Assembly (NCBI RefSeq): GCF_963921235.1
Contig: NC_086097.1
Location: 229,712,001 to 229,776,000, forward strand
Length of the DNA stretch: 64,000 bases
Source: Mobula hypostoma
Lineage: Eukaryota
Direction of reading: 5' to 3'
Positions 50,704 through 62,484 of the stretch are shown in pieces. Both the position numbers and the translations under genes were made by a program. Positions within the stretch are counted from its first letter, which is position 1, and each line of letters starts with the position of its first letter. The notes under the pieces were generated by a model that made no database searches, was not told the DNA's origin, and saw only the letters and a program-made list of their open reading frames with translations.

Positions 50704-51494
50704 TATATTAAAATATGTAAATATCAAAAGTCAGCCAGCAACTGGGCTGTTATACTTCCCAGCAGTAGGAGCCTCTTCCTATAGATGCTGCTTGGCCTGC
50801 TGCGTTCACCAGCAACTTTGATGTATGTTGCTTCAATTTCCAGCATCTGCAGAATTCCTGTTGTTCACCTGTATTCTATGTTGTGTTTTTATTATAGTGA
50901 CTGGTCACGAGTGCGAGCGCCGTAAAAGCAAAGAGAATAAGTCACATTTTCATACTGTGTTCACTGCAGCGTGTTGTAGCAGGGACCAATGGAGGTCATA
51001 TCTTTTGTTGACTGCTCAATAATGCTTAGTTACACTTGTGTACGATTAAACTTCACTGCTTCAAGATTGTATGTTTGCTAATTGCTAATAAAGAGCTGAA
51101 TGCATATCCTTGACTTTTGGAGCAACCATTATTAAGAGTAAGAATGTGTCATGCAAGTATAACAAAGCCGTCGGGTGTCGGCAGCAGCAATTGCTTTGGC
51201 TTTGATTTCGATTTGTCACGACAACAGTCAATTACCTACAAGAAGAAAGTCACAGTCTCAAATTCCTACTCGGTACTCAATTAATCAATGCCAATTAATC
51301 CCCCCAAATTCTGCTGAAACCCCAAACTTCCTCTGGAAGAACATAAACGTGGAAATCAGAGGAGATAAGGGTCAGGCGAGGCCGAATTTCCCCACGCTCA
51401 AGCAGAGGCAGAGGTCACGTCAGCGAAGTCAGGATACAGCAGCATCTTAGAACTGGAACTTCAGTGTAACCAAAGGCAGAAGAGAAATCATGAA

Positions 51495-52487
51495 CAACAG
51501 GAATTCTGCAGATGCTGGAAATTCAAGCAACACACATCAAAGTTGCTGGTGAACGCAGCAGGCCAGGCAGCATCTGTAGGAAGAGGTGCAGTCGACGTTT
51601 CAGGCCGAGACCCTTCGTCAGGACTAACTGAAGGAAGAGTGAGTAAGGGATTTGAAAGTTGGAGGGGGAGGGCGAGATCCAAAATGATAGGAGAAGACAG
51701 GATGGGGAGGGATAGAGCCAAGAGCTGGACAGGTGATAGGCAAAAGGGGATATGAGAGGATCATGGGACAGGAGGTCCGGGAAGAAAGACAAGGGGGGGG
51801 ACCCAGAGGATGGGCAAGAGGTATATTCAGAGGGATATTCAGAGGGACAGAGGGAGAAAAAGGAGAGTGAGAGAAAGAATGTGTGCATAAAAATAAGTAA
51901 CAGATGGGGTACGAGGGGGAGGTGGGGCCTTAGCGGAAGTTAGAGAAGTCGATGTTCATGCCATCAGGATGGAGGCTACCCAGACGGATTATAAGGTGTT
52001 GTTCCTCCAACCTGAGTGTGGCTTCATCTTTACAGTAGAGGAGGCCGTGGATAGACATGTCAGAATGGGAATGGGATGTGGAATTAAAATGTGTGGCCAC
52101 TGGGAGATCCTGCTTTCTCTGGCGGACAGAGCGTAGATGTTCAGCAAAGCGGTCTCCCAGTCTGCGTCGGGTCTCGCCAATATATAAAAGGCCACATTGG
52201 GACCACCGGACGCAGTATATCACCCCAGTCGACTCACAGGTGAAGTGTTGCCTCATCTGGAAGGACTGTTTGGGGCCCTGAATGGTGGTAAGGGAGGAAG
52301 TGTAAGGGCCTGTGTAGCACTTGTTCCGCTTACACGGATAAGTGCCAGGAGGGAGATCAGTGGGGAGGTTTGGGGGGGACGAATGGACAAGGGAGTTGCG
52401 TAGGGAGCGATCCCTGCGGAATGCAGAGGGGGGGGAGGGAAAGATGTGCTTAGTGGTGGGATCCCGTTGGAGGTGCCGGAAGTTATG
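51495..52487 (-). mobile_element. Penelope-like element, 5'-truncated, with GIY-YIG endonuclease C-terminus, pLTR and an 11-bp TSD
   Basis: FTCESTGVIYCVRWSQCGLLYIGETRRRLGDRFAEH...RLEEQHLI...GMN. TSD GAAATCATGAA at 51484-51494 and 52488-52498. Confidence 0.92.
51590..51625 (-). ncRNA. Minimal type I hammerhead ribozyme motif with an intact core (GUC site)
   Basis: The minus strand reads AGTC-CTGACGA-AGG(GTCTCGG)CCT-GAAAC-GTC-GACT: stem I AGTC/GACT, stem II AGG/CCT, palindromic ACGT stem III. Confidence 0.8.
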
Positions 52488-53547
52488 GAAATCATGAAGG
52501 GTTTTAGGTGAAGTGTCCTTATGTTTCTTGCATATGGGCTAACCTTGAACTTAACCTTAACCAGTTAAAAAATACTGAGAAGATGCTGAGCCATACCCAC
52601 CTGGAAGAATTATATACTGATTATAATATCTGCTGTCCTTGTCTACAAAGCATTCCTACCTAACTTTTCAGGTCAGAATCAAAAGATCTAAAGCAGTACA
52701 ACACTAGCAACTGCATGAATTAAATTTAAGCAGCAGAATATCAAGTGACTCTTTCACATTCCAAGCAAGCCATCTAAAGCAGAATTTATCAGGAATACCA
52801 AGCAGGAAGTAAAAGCTTTGAAAATCTTGAAGAAAATTTTAAATATTTAAGTCTGCCATAGATCAGAAATAATGAATAATGAGCTTATCCTGAAAATACA
52901 TGTTACCTCATCCCAATATTATTTGTCTCAGTCTCAGAATTTTCTCTAAACAGTCTAGTATGTACTTTCCAAGTCTACGTCAAAGTAAATTTATTATCAA
53001 AGTACATATATCACCATATACTACCCTGAGGTTCATTTCTTGCAGGTATTTACAGGAAAATGAAGCAACACAAAAGAATTTATGAAAACTGTGCACAAAA
53101 ACTGACAACCAGCCAACGTGCAAAAGAAGACAAATTGTGCAAATGAAAAAAAACACAATAATATTGAGAACATGAGTTGCAGAGACCTTGAAAGTGAATC
53201 TCTAGGTTGTGGAGTCAGTTTAGAGTTGTATGAGCGCAGTTATCCATGTCAGTTCAGGAGACTGATGGCTGTAGGATATAGTCATAACTGGTTCAGGTGA
53301 TGGTGGCTTTGTTAACTTGGGCGGTGTTTTCTAATGAAATAAACACATGTTCAAATACAAAATGAGAGTCAACCATTGTAAAAATGCCTCCATTTTTAAG
53401 ATAAAGAATCAGATTAAATAAAAATATTTATTTGTAAAGTGGTGGCAGATCTCTGAATTTGTCTGCTCTGTAAAATATGTCAATGTGGCAACACAGTGGA
53501 ATTTGTCGTTAAATGGATAAAAACAGCTAGTTAAAAGTGGGTCATAA

Positions 53548-54675
53548 AGAAGAGAAAATCTGCAGATGCTGGAAATCTAAGCAACGCACACAAGATGCTG
53601 GAGGAACTCAGCAGGTCAGGCAGCATCTTTGGAGAAGAGCAACCAGCCGATAGCTCGAGCTGAGACCCTTCATCAGGACTGGAGAAGAAAAGATGAGAAG
53701 TCAGAGTAAGAAGGTGGGGGGAGGGGAGGAAGAAGTACAAGGTAGTAGGGGATAATTGAAACTGGGAGCGGGGGAAGAGGTGAAGTAAAGGGCTGGGAAG
53801 TCGATTGTGAAAGAGATAAAGGGCTGGAGATGGGGGAATCTGATAGGAGAGGACAGAAAGCCATGGAAGAAGGGGAAGGAGCACCAGAGGGAGGTGATGG
53901 GTAGGTAAGGAGATAAGGTGAGAGATGGAAATGGGTATGGTGAAGGGCAGTGCAATTACCAATCAGGTTGGAGGCTACCCAGACGGAATATAAGGTGTTG
54001 TTCCTCCAAACTGAGTGTGGCTTCGTCGCGATGGTAGAGGAGGCCAGGTATTGACATGTCAGAATGGGAATGGAAAGTAGAATTAAAGTAAGTGGCCACT
54101 GGGAGATCCTGTTTCTTCTGGTGGACGGAGTGTAGGTGCTCAGCAAAGCGGCCTCCCAATCTACGTCGGGTCTCCCCGATGTACAGGAGGCCACACCGGG
54201 GGCACAGGATACAGTAGATGACCCCAACAGACTCACAGGTGAAGTGCCACCTCACCTGGAAGGACGTTTGGGGCCCTGTATGGTAGTGAAGGAGGAGGTG
54301 TAGGGGCAGGTGTGGCACTTGATCGGCTTGCAAGGATAAGTACCAGGAGGAAGACCAGTGGGGAGGGGTGACTGGACAAAGGAGTTGCATAGGGAGCGAT
54401 CCATGGAGAAAGCGGAAAGTGAGGGGGAGGGAAAGATGTGTTTTGCAAGACTGAAGTTACAGAGAATAATGCACTGGATGTGGAGGCTGGAAGGTGGTAG
54501 GTGAGGACAAAAGGAACCCTATCCCTGGTGGACTTCATGAGTACAGATGAAGAAAGTCAGCCTGAAATACTGTTTGCTCTTTTCCGTAGATGCTGCCTGG
54601 CCTGCTGAGTTCCTCCAGCATTTTGAGCGTGTTGCTTGGACCTCCAGCACCTGCAGATTTTCTCGTGTTTGTGTT
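53548..54675 (-). mobile_element. Penelope-like element fragment (GIY-YIG) with an inverted partial pLTR at ~54555-54675
   Basis: DRVPFVLTYH and VIYCILCPRCGLLYIGETRRRLGGRFAEH. The termini are inverted copies of one another. Confidence 0.9.
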
Positions 54676-55467
54676 TTTTCTTCATGATTTCATTTAGTTA
54701 TCTAGGTATTTCCTACAATACCAGTAAAGAAATGCTGTACCTATCTATACTAAAATTAGAAGGCTCACATAACTACGTGTTTCTACAAGTCGGGACCATT
54801 TGTTGACATCTTTTTATCAGATGTAATAACTTTTGGAAGCTGTTAGTTGGCTTTAGGGTGTATGGCAGCATTCTTTCCGACAAACCGATGTCTGCAGTTG
54901 GCAACAAGCTTCACTCTTTATGAGTGTCAGCCTTCACCTCAACGAAAAGGAGATAAAAACAATCACAACAAAACTTCAAATGAAAACAGGTGGGCGGAAA
55001 CAAAGGCAGCCCGAGAACTTTACCCAATTTTGTCCCACTCTGGCACTTTGGCCTCCCGGTGTGCTTTAAGCACCCCTGTGATCATGAGCTTGGTCTGACT
55101 CAGAGCCTCTCTATCAGCAGGTTTATACACACAGTCCAATTCATGAATAATCTAAACCAAAGAGCTGCCATCCTACTTGTGAGAGCGATAGAGAAAAATA
55201 AGAACTAGCACATTTTCAGTTCAGCATGGAGCCTATTTGAATAAATTGTTTTGTTGTTGTTGATTTACCCTTAATTTTTTAATGAATGGTTAAATGCAAA
55301 CTGTAAAAAAAACACCAGTTTCCATGTTTAAGCTCATTGCTTTGTCTGAACTCAGTCATCTGTTTTAATGTGACCTACTTTGGCTAATCTCACTTCAACA
55401 CACTTCCATGTGTTGAAGTGGATTTGTAATCCTCCTTACTTATGTGTATCAAGCACACATCACTTCA

Positions 55468-56365
55468 GTCGAGATGGCGCCTGCGCACTACGCTCCCTCG
55501 GTCGACGTCTTCTAGATAGACCACGAAACTGTTCATTTCACTTCTTCTACGTCTGTTTTTCATTTTAAATGTGTTTCTGGAACCGTTAGAGCCTGTGATT
55601 TACAGTTTGGAGTTGACTGAGTGATCCGGCACTTTCCTGTCTCTGAGAAGATTCCGGGAAGGGGCGTGAGCCTTGAGGTGAAGAAACTACAAGGCGGGAT
55701 GTGTTTGGCTCCATTTTGCTGATTAAAACTTCTATTATTCACCGACTAAAGTGACAAGGATAAGGAAGACTGAAACATTGAGGCCAATGCAGAAGGCCAG
55801 CGAGGGTTCACTGCCAACTTCCCGCTTTTTCATCGCTGATGGGATCCCTCCACTGCTGAAGAGAAAGGAGCCTATCACTGTGCCGGGAGGGTAGGCCTTT
55901 GCGTTCAAGTGCTGTCTCTCTCTTTCAATGATGTTGGAGGATGCTAGTGAGGTTCTGTGTTTATGGATTTGGACAATGAACTATGGACTTTTTCAGTCTT
56001 ATGGTTATTATATTCCATGGGGGAATACGTGGGGGAGGGAGATTTGGGGGTCGATGTTCTTGTGTTTCTGTTAGTTTCTTTTGTGCAGGGGAAGAGGGTT
56101 TTGGGGGTCGATGTTCTTGTTACATTTTGTGCAGGGGAAGAGGGCTTGGGGCTGATGTTCTTGATGCATTTCATGCAGGGGAGGCAGGGTTGAGGGTTGA
56201 TAATCGTGTTGCCATTCTTTTTTCGTGCAGGCGGTGGTGGGTTTGCTGTTTCTCTTCGAATCTGACTTCTATGGTTATCTTTGTTTCGTGGCTATTTGGA
56301 GAAGACGAATCTCAGGGTTGTATACTGCATATATACTTTGATAATAAATGAACCTTTGAACTTTT
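55468..56365 (+). mobile_element. Putative non-autonomous non-LTR element: CpG-rich AGATGGCG head, internal ~45-bp repeats, Rex1/Babar-type tail
   Basis: Begins GAGATGGCGCCTGCGC. GTGCAGGGGAAGAGGG...GGGGTCGATGTTCTTG repeats occur at 56030-56200. Ends GAATCTCAGGGTTGTATA...ACTTTGATAATAAATGAACCTTTGAAC. Confidence 0.55.
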
Positions 56366-56689
56366 TTAACATTTCACTAAAATTAACTGGGGTTTCTTTG
56401 CAGTGTCACTTGGTATGCCTTATATCTTTAAACCCAAGGTCATGTGTAGAGTCATGACTGTGGATGTTTGTGCATGGCTTTGACAGTGCTGAAGAATCAG
56501 TGTATGTCATGGTTATAGTGAGTTGAAGGGACTCGTGTTTTCTCTCCCACCGCCATCTGTTCTTCAGATCAGACTTAATGCTGGACCACAGCCCTCAGAT
56601 GCCTGTACAACTGCTTCTTTTCCCTTGAGGAATGGCGGTGCTTCAAACCCAAAACAGACATTTACAATTAATCAGAGTCGTAAAGAGGT

Positions 56690-57450
56690 CAGAATCAGAA
56701 ATCAGATTTATTATCACAGACTTACACAATGTGAAAATTTCTGTTTTGCAGTAGCAGAGTGCAAAGACATAAAACGTCTATAAATTACTAAAATAAATAG
56801 TGAAAAAGAACAAAAAGGCAGTGTTCATGGACCGTTCAGCGATCTGACAAGCTGCTTTTGAATCACTGAGTGTGGGTCTTCAGGGCCCCTGTATCTCCAC
56901 CCAGATGGAGGTAATGAGGAGAAATGCATGTCCCTGGTGATGAAGGACCTTAGTGACGGATGCCACCTTCTTGAGGCACCAGCTTCTGGAGATGTCCTTG
57001 ATGGCGGGGAGACTTGTAGCTTTGATGGAGTTAGCTTGATCTACAACCTCCTTCATCCACTTCTGAACCTGTGCAGAGAAGCCTCCACACCAAAGCTGTG
57101 ATACACCAGTCAAAATACTCTCCACTCTGGAAATTTCTAAGAGTCTTTGGTGACATGGCTGGCTGGTGGCGTAGTGGCATCAGCGCCGGACTTTGGACTT
57201 TGGAGTTCGAATCCAGCCAGCTCCCTTGCACGCTTTTCATCTGTGCTGGGTTGGGTGTCGACCTGGCAACTTGGCCTTGTAAAAATAAGAAAGCCTGCTA
57301 AAAAAAAACGCCGTCATGATGGTGTCCCGATGTCTCCACTCGGAGTTAAGGGCTTTCTTCTTCTTCTTTGGTGACATACCGAACCCTCTCGAACTCTTTA
57401 CAAAGTAAAGCCGCTGGTGTGTCTTCTTTGTGACTGCATCAACATGAGGA
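56690..57450 (-). mobile_element. Rex1/Babar 3' fragment hosting a SINE
   Basis: KKTHQRLYFVK, ESILTG and HHQGHA motifs, with a (TTCTGA)n tail at ~56690. Confidence 0.7.
57157..57364 (+). mobile_element. tRNA-derived SINE with an RTE-like body and a 13-bp TSD
   Basis: A box TGGCGTAGTGG, B box GTTCGAATCC, (TTC)n tail. TSD TCTTTGGTGACAT at 57144-57156 and 57365-57377. Confidence 0.85.
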
Positions 57451-58499
57451 TAGGTGTGCTGAGATGCAGATGCCCAGTTATGTGAGACTGCTCCTCTTTT
57501 CCACAGCTGACCACTCAATAAGGACTGGTGTGTGTCCTCCTTGTGGAATACAGCATAGGAACAGACCCTTTGGCCCAGTGAGTTTACATCAACCATCAAT
57601 CACCTATTTTTCTATTAATACCATGGTAAACCTTTTTATTCTTTCCCCATTCATGTCAGCCCCCCCCCCCAGATTCTGCCAGTCACTTTCATGTTAGGAC
57701 AATTTGCAATGGTCAACTAACCTGCCAGCCTACAGGGTGCGGGATAAAACCGGAGCACATGGGGAAATTCCAGGTGGTTTCAGGAAGAATGGGCAAACTC
57801 CACACTGACAGCACCGGAGGTCAGGATGGAAACCAGGTCGCTGTAGCTGTGAATCAGCATTTTACTGGCAGAGCTGTTGCGTCACCCTAACTACCTCTCG
57901 CATCATCACGGCTATTATCATCAAAAACAATGCAGCTGTTTTCTGGTAGACAAGCCGAAGAAAAGTCTGCAATTACGTTTGCACTTCAGGCTTGTCCAGA
58001 AGCTATAGAAACATTTAGTGGTTTGCACTGCTTGGGGCTCAACAGATTGTCTGTGAATTGCTGAGTCAAGACTTGAAAGTGAAGTTCTGCTCTGCCAAGT
58101 TTCAGAAAGACTGCCTGCCTTGCTGCTTTGTGTCCCTGCTGAATGAACAAGATCTCTGCTTCACCTCCTTTGGGAAGTGTTGAGCTTAAATCTATTTATA
58201 TAGCCTTTGTCACTTGGTGTGGGTGGCAGAGAGGTTGTCACTCCTTACCAGGGAGTTTCTCGTGTGTGGCGGTGACGGCCACTCCTCGCCAAGAAGCAGC
58301 ACTCCTCAAGGACAGCACCAGAAGTAACAGGGCTGACTGTCATTCCCCTATCATACCTTGGGCACTGGACATCTTTGATCCCAGCGCTGCTCTCCTGAGC
58401 GACACATGTTGGATGGGGATGAGCAGCTCGGACAATATGACAAAGGTAAACCTTCTTCCCAGAGCAGAAAGTGGAAGAGAGATTGTGATCTTTGCTAGC

Positions 58500-58765
58500 C
58501 CAGCATTGATTTTGTCCATATAGCAGCTCAGAAGGCATCCTCCTACACTTTAACACCAAGGGAAGTGCATGGAACGGCATCAACTGCTACTTATTGCTTT
58601 TTGCATCTTCACAAAAGCTTTTGACCATGCCTATCAAGAGGGATCATGGTGCTTTACTCTCAAATGTGGCTGCCTGTAAGAAATCTACCTCCATCTTACT
58701 ACATGATGTCCAGGCCAAAATCTTAATCAATGGATCCACAACATATCCAGCCTCAATCCAAACGC
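58500..58765 (+). mobile_element. Degraded RTE-clade RT fragment
   Basis: Piecewise translation QGKCMERHQLLLIAF..TKAFDH...EGSW...KCGC...LLHDVQAKILINGSTT resembles RTE RT domains 2-3. Confidence 0.6.
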
Positions 58766-59039
58766 ATTGGAGTTTAAAGAATGAGGGATCTTATTGAAAC
58801 CTACCAACTACTGAAAAGCCTGGATAGAGCAGATGTGGAGAGGATTTCCATTAGTGGAAGAGTATAGTACCAGCGGACACAGACTCAGAAAAGAAGGACG
58901 CCCCTTTACAACAGAGATGAGGAGGAATTCTGACAAAGTTGGTGATATCCCTGCCCAATGAACACGATCTCTGCTTCACCTCCTTTGGGAAGTGTTGAGT
59001 TTAAATCTATTTATCTTTATAGCATCTGTGAGCCACAGT

Positions 59040-59735
59040 GAGAGTTAATTTAGACAGGAACTGAGCTTCTCATAGATGGGCTACTGAGGAAATTACAAGA
59101 GGTAAAGCACAAGAGAATGTTTAAAGAGGTTGTGTACATGATAGTCAGACATACATTATTACTTACTGTAATTCCAAAGATGAAGAAGTATTCTAAATGG
59201 AGGATGAGGCAACTGTGCTGACAGGAAATGAAAGGCAGCATAAAAACAAAAGAGAGGGCATATAACAAAAATTGGTGGGAATGTAGAGGAGTGGGAAGCT
59301 TTCAATGACAGCATGAGGAGCATTTGATGGCTTTGGGCCTGTACTTGCTGGAGTTTAGAAGAATGAGGGGTAATCTAATTGAAACTTAACAAATACTGAA
59401 AGGCCTAGATGGAGAGGATGATTCCTATAGCAAGGAAATCGAGGACCAGAGGGCACAGCCTCGGAATAGAAGGACGTCTCTTTAGAACGGAGATGAGGAG
59501 GAATTCCTTTAGCTAGAGGATGGTGAATCTGTGGAATTCATTGCCACAGACGGCTGCAGAGGCCAGGTCATCGGGTATATTTAAAGCAGAGTTTGGTAGG
59601 TTCTTCATTAGTAAGGGTGTCAAAGGTGACGGGGAGAAGGCAGGGGAATGGGGCTGTGAGGGATAACAAATTAGCCATGATAGAATGCTGGACCAGGTTC
59701 AATGGGCCAAACTTTGCTCCCATGTCTCATAGTCA
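59040..59735 (+). mobile_element. Degraded CR1 fragments
   Basis: LGLYLLEFRRMRGNLIET, RTRGHSL and the CR1 3'UTR. Confidence 0.8.
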
Positions 59736-60340
59736 CATGCTCTCCAGGCATTCCCATTCCCAGTAACCTATGGTAATCTCTTGTCTATGATGGCTTAACA
59801 CAGAGAAAGTGGATTCAAGATGGTGTTGAGAACCTATCGTCCATTCACTGAAAGAATCCTAAAAAAGCAGGAGGAGCACTCTAGTTTCCAACAATTACTT
59901 CTTGACTCTTGAATACAGTTCCCACACTGGCCTCATCCACAGAAGTACTGTCAAAGCAAGTCAGCAAGTCAGTGAGAGACTGCCAATGCACATCCTGAGG
60001 AAATAAGTACAGCTCTGTGATTATATCCACTAGAGGGCCTCCCAAGAAAACCAAAGACCCAGATTTTCAAATTCAAATAAAATTTTATGTTAGTGCAACT
60101 TCAAAGTTAGGACAGAGGAGACAGAAAGAAATAAAAATAGATTAGTACTGGCAAATGTTTGAAAGCAACTACAAATCAAAATTATGATACACAGCAGTGT
60201 TGTAAGAGTATTATCGTGAAAATTATCTTTTCAAGTGTACAGACCAGGACTGCTTTTTTTGTGCCTCACTCACTGCTAGTTTATACGGCTGCCAATTCGG
60301 TGATGGTATTTCCATCAGCGCCTGACTAAGTATCTATCAC

Positions 60341-60519
60341 AAACACGTGGAAATCTGCAGATGCTGAAAATCCAGAGCAACACACACAAAATGCTGGAGG
60401 AACTCAGCGGGCCGGGCAGCATCTATGGAAAAGAGTTAACAGTCGATGTTTAGGCCGAGACCCTTCATCGGGACATGTCGATGGTTTACTTTTTTTGCAC
60501 AGACGCTGCTTGGCCTGCT
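60341..60519. mobile_element. Penelope-derived inverted mini-element with an imperfect TSD
   Basis: Flanks AAGTATCTATCAC (60328-60340) and AAATATTTATCAC (60520-60532). A decayed hammerhead lies on the minus strand at ~60440-60475. Confidence 0.72.
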
Positions 60520-60899
60520 AAATATTTATCACTCCGGCTCATTGATGCTATTGATATTGGGCTTAAAACAGACAATTCCTGAGGGAAGATGAAGCAAAGA
60601 CTTGTTAAGTAAGAGGGATGCAGGGTGAGGCTGTGGGGCGGGACAGTGATGTCAAAAACATGAGCTAGGGCTGAATGTGTAAAGATGCTAAAACGGAGAG
60701 TGCTAAGATACTCAATAAAGAGGTTAAAGCAGCTCGTGTGCAAATCTTTAGTGAAAGTATTTTCATTAATTTTCAGGTTCTCAGTGCTTCAGGAGAAACA
60801 CATACAAAATGCTGGAGGAACTCAGCAGGTCAGGCAGCATCCATGGAAATGAATAAACAGTCGACATTACGTTCATGATGAAGGGTCCGGGACCAAAAG

Positions 60900-61290
60900 G
60901 GAGCTAGGGCTTTACTCTTTGGAGAGAAGGAAGATGAGAGGAGACATGATAGAGGTGTACAAGATAATAAGAGGAATACATAGAGTGGATAGCCAGCGCC
61001 TCTTCCCTAGGGCATCACTGCTCAATACAAGAGGACATGGCTTTAAGGTAAGGGGTGGGAAGTTCAAGGGGGATATTAGAGGAAGGTTTTTTATTCAGAG
61101 AGTGATTGGTGCGTGGAATGCACTACCTGAGTCAGTGGTGGAGGCAGATACACTAGTGAAGTTTAAGAGACTACTAGACAGGTATATGAAGGAATTTAAG
61201 GTGGGGGGTTATATGGGAGGCAGGGTTTGAGGGTCGGCACAACTTTGTGGGCCGAAGGGCCTGTAATGTGCTGTACTATTCTATGTTCTA
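60900..61290 (+). mobile_element. CR1 3' fragment inserted in a Penelope-derived inverted unit (~60795-61350)
   Basis: RGDMIEVYKI...FFIQRVIGAWNALP. The flanks are pLTR arms. Confidence 0.82.
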
Positions 61291-61945
61291 AGAAAATATC
61301 AACTGTTTATTCCTCTCTATAGAGTTCCTCCAGTATTTTGTGCGTTTTGACGTACACAATATTGGACACACAACCCGTGCTTCAACTGTTGACTCATCTG
61401 CTTCTATAATTTGCCGCCTTCACACCCTCAGAGCCCCAAATCCATACAACTCAGCATCATTCATGCCCTATATTAATAGCACCAGCATACATCTACAAGT
61501 TTCACATGGCATCAGACATAAAAAGGAAGTGAAAACAATAAACCATGGGACCTGCTCAACAAGCTTCTCCATGGCCTTCGATACTGGTATTGGTATTGGC
61601 TTATGATTGTCACATGCACCAGGATACAGTGTAAAGCTTACCTTGCTCACAGCTTATGCAGGTCAAATCATTACACAGTGCACTGAGGAAAATAGAACAA
61701 TAATAATAGAGGCAGGGTATAGATCTGTGAAGGGGACAGCTCGCAACCAGTCGCCAAAATTCAGCAACATCTTGCATCAATCCTCTAATATTTTCTGTTT
61801 CCAGATATTGATTAAAGATAATGTTTGGCTTTATTTCTCACGCATTCATCAAAATATTGAAACCTACAGTGGAATGCGCCTTTTGCGTTCAATCAAATCA
61901 GCGAAGATTGTGCTGTGGCCAGACTGCGAGTATCATTATGTTTCT

Positions 61946-62240
61946 GGCACCAACAATGCATGTCTGCAAACAGCACCAACAATGCCCACCCGCAAACAGC
62001 ACCAACAAAGCATGCCTGCAAACAGCACTAACAAAGCATGCCTGTGAACAGCACCAACAATGCATGCTTGCAAACAGCACAAAGCATGCCTGCAAACAGC
62101 ACCAACAATGCATGCCTGCAAACAGCAAACAAAGCATGCCTGCAAACAGCACCAACAAGTCATGCCTGCGAACAGCACCAACAATGCATGCCTGCAAACA
62201 GCATGACAAAGCATGCCTGCAAACAGCACCAACAATGCAC
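61946..62240. repeat. Minisatellite of about 11 units of ~22-27 bp (GCATGCCTGCAAACAGCACCAACAA[T/A])
   Basis: Direct reading. It lies within a V-SINE at ~61805-62660 (minus strand). Confidence 0.92.
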
Positions 62241-62245
62241 GGCTC

Positions 62246-62484
62246 GCAAACACAAGAAAGTCTGCAGATGCTGGAAATCCAAAGCAAAACTCACAAAGTG
62301 CTGGAGGAACTCAGCAGGCCAGGCAGCATCTGTGGAAAAGGTAAAAAGGGAAAAAAGAGTTTGGGCAGAGACCCTTCATCAGGACTAATAAAGGGTCTTG
62401 GCCCGGAAGGTCGACTATTTGCTCTTTTCCAAAGACGCTGCCTGGCCTGCTGAGTTCCTCCAGCATTTGGAGTGTGTTGCTTGG
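62246..62484. mobile_element. Palindromic Penelope-derived mini-element
   Basis: Arms TGCTGGAGGAACTCAGCAGGCCAGGCAGC and GCTGCCTGGCCTGCTGAGTTCCTCCAGCA. The centre has decayed opposed hammerheads (ACCCTTCATCAGGACT..AAGGGTCTTGGCCCGGAAGGTCGAC). Confidence 0.82.

Noticed and set aside
61946..62240. Short regular repeats resembling a CRISPR array, and Cys/Gln-rich ORFs
   Set aside because: Units are contiguous with no unique spacers, there are no cas genes, and the context is eukaryotic. It is a minisatellite.
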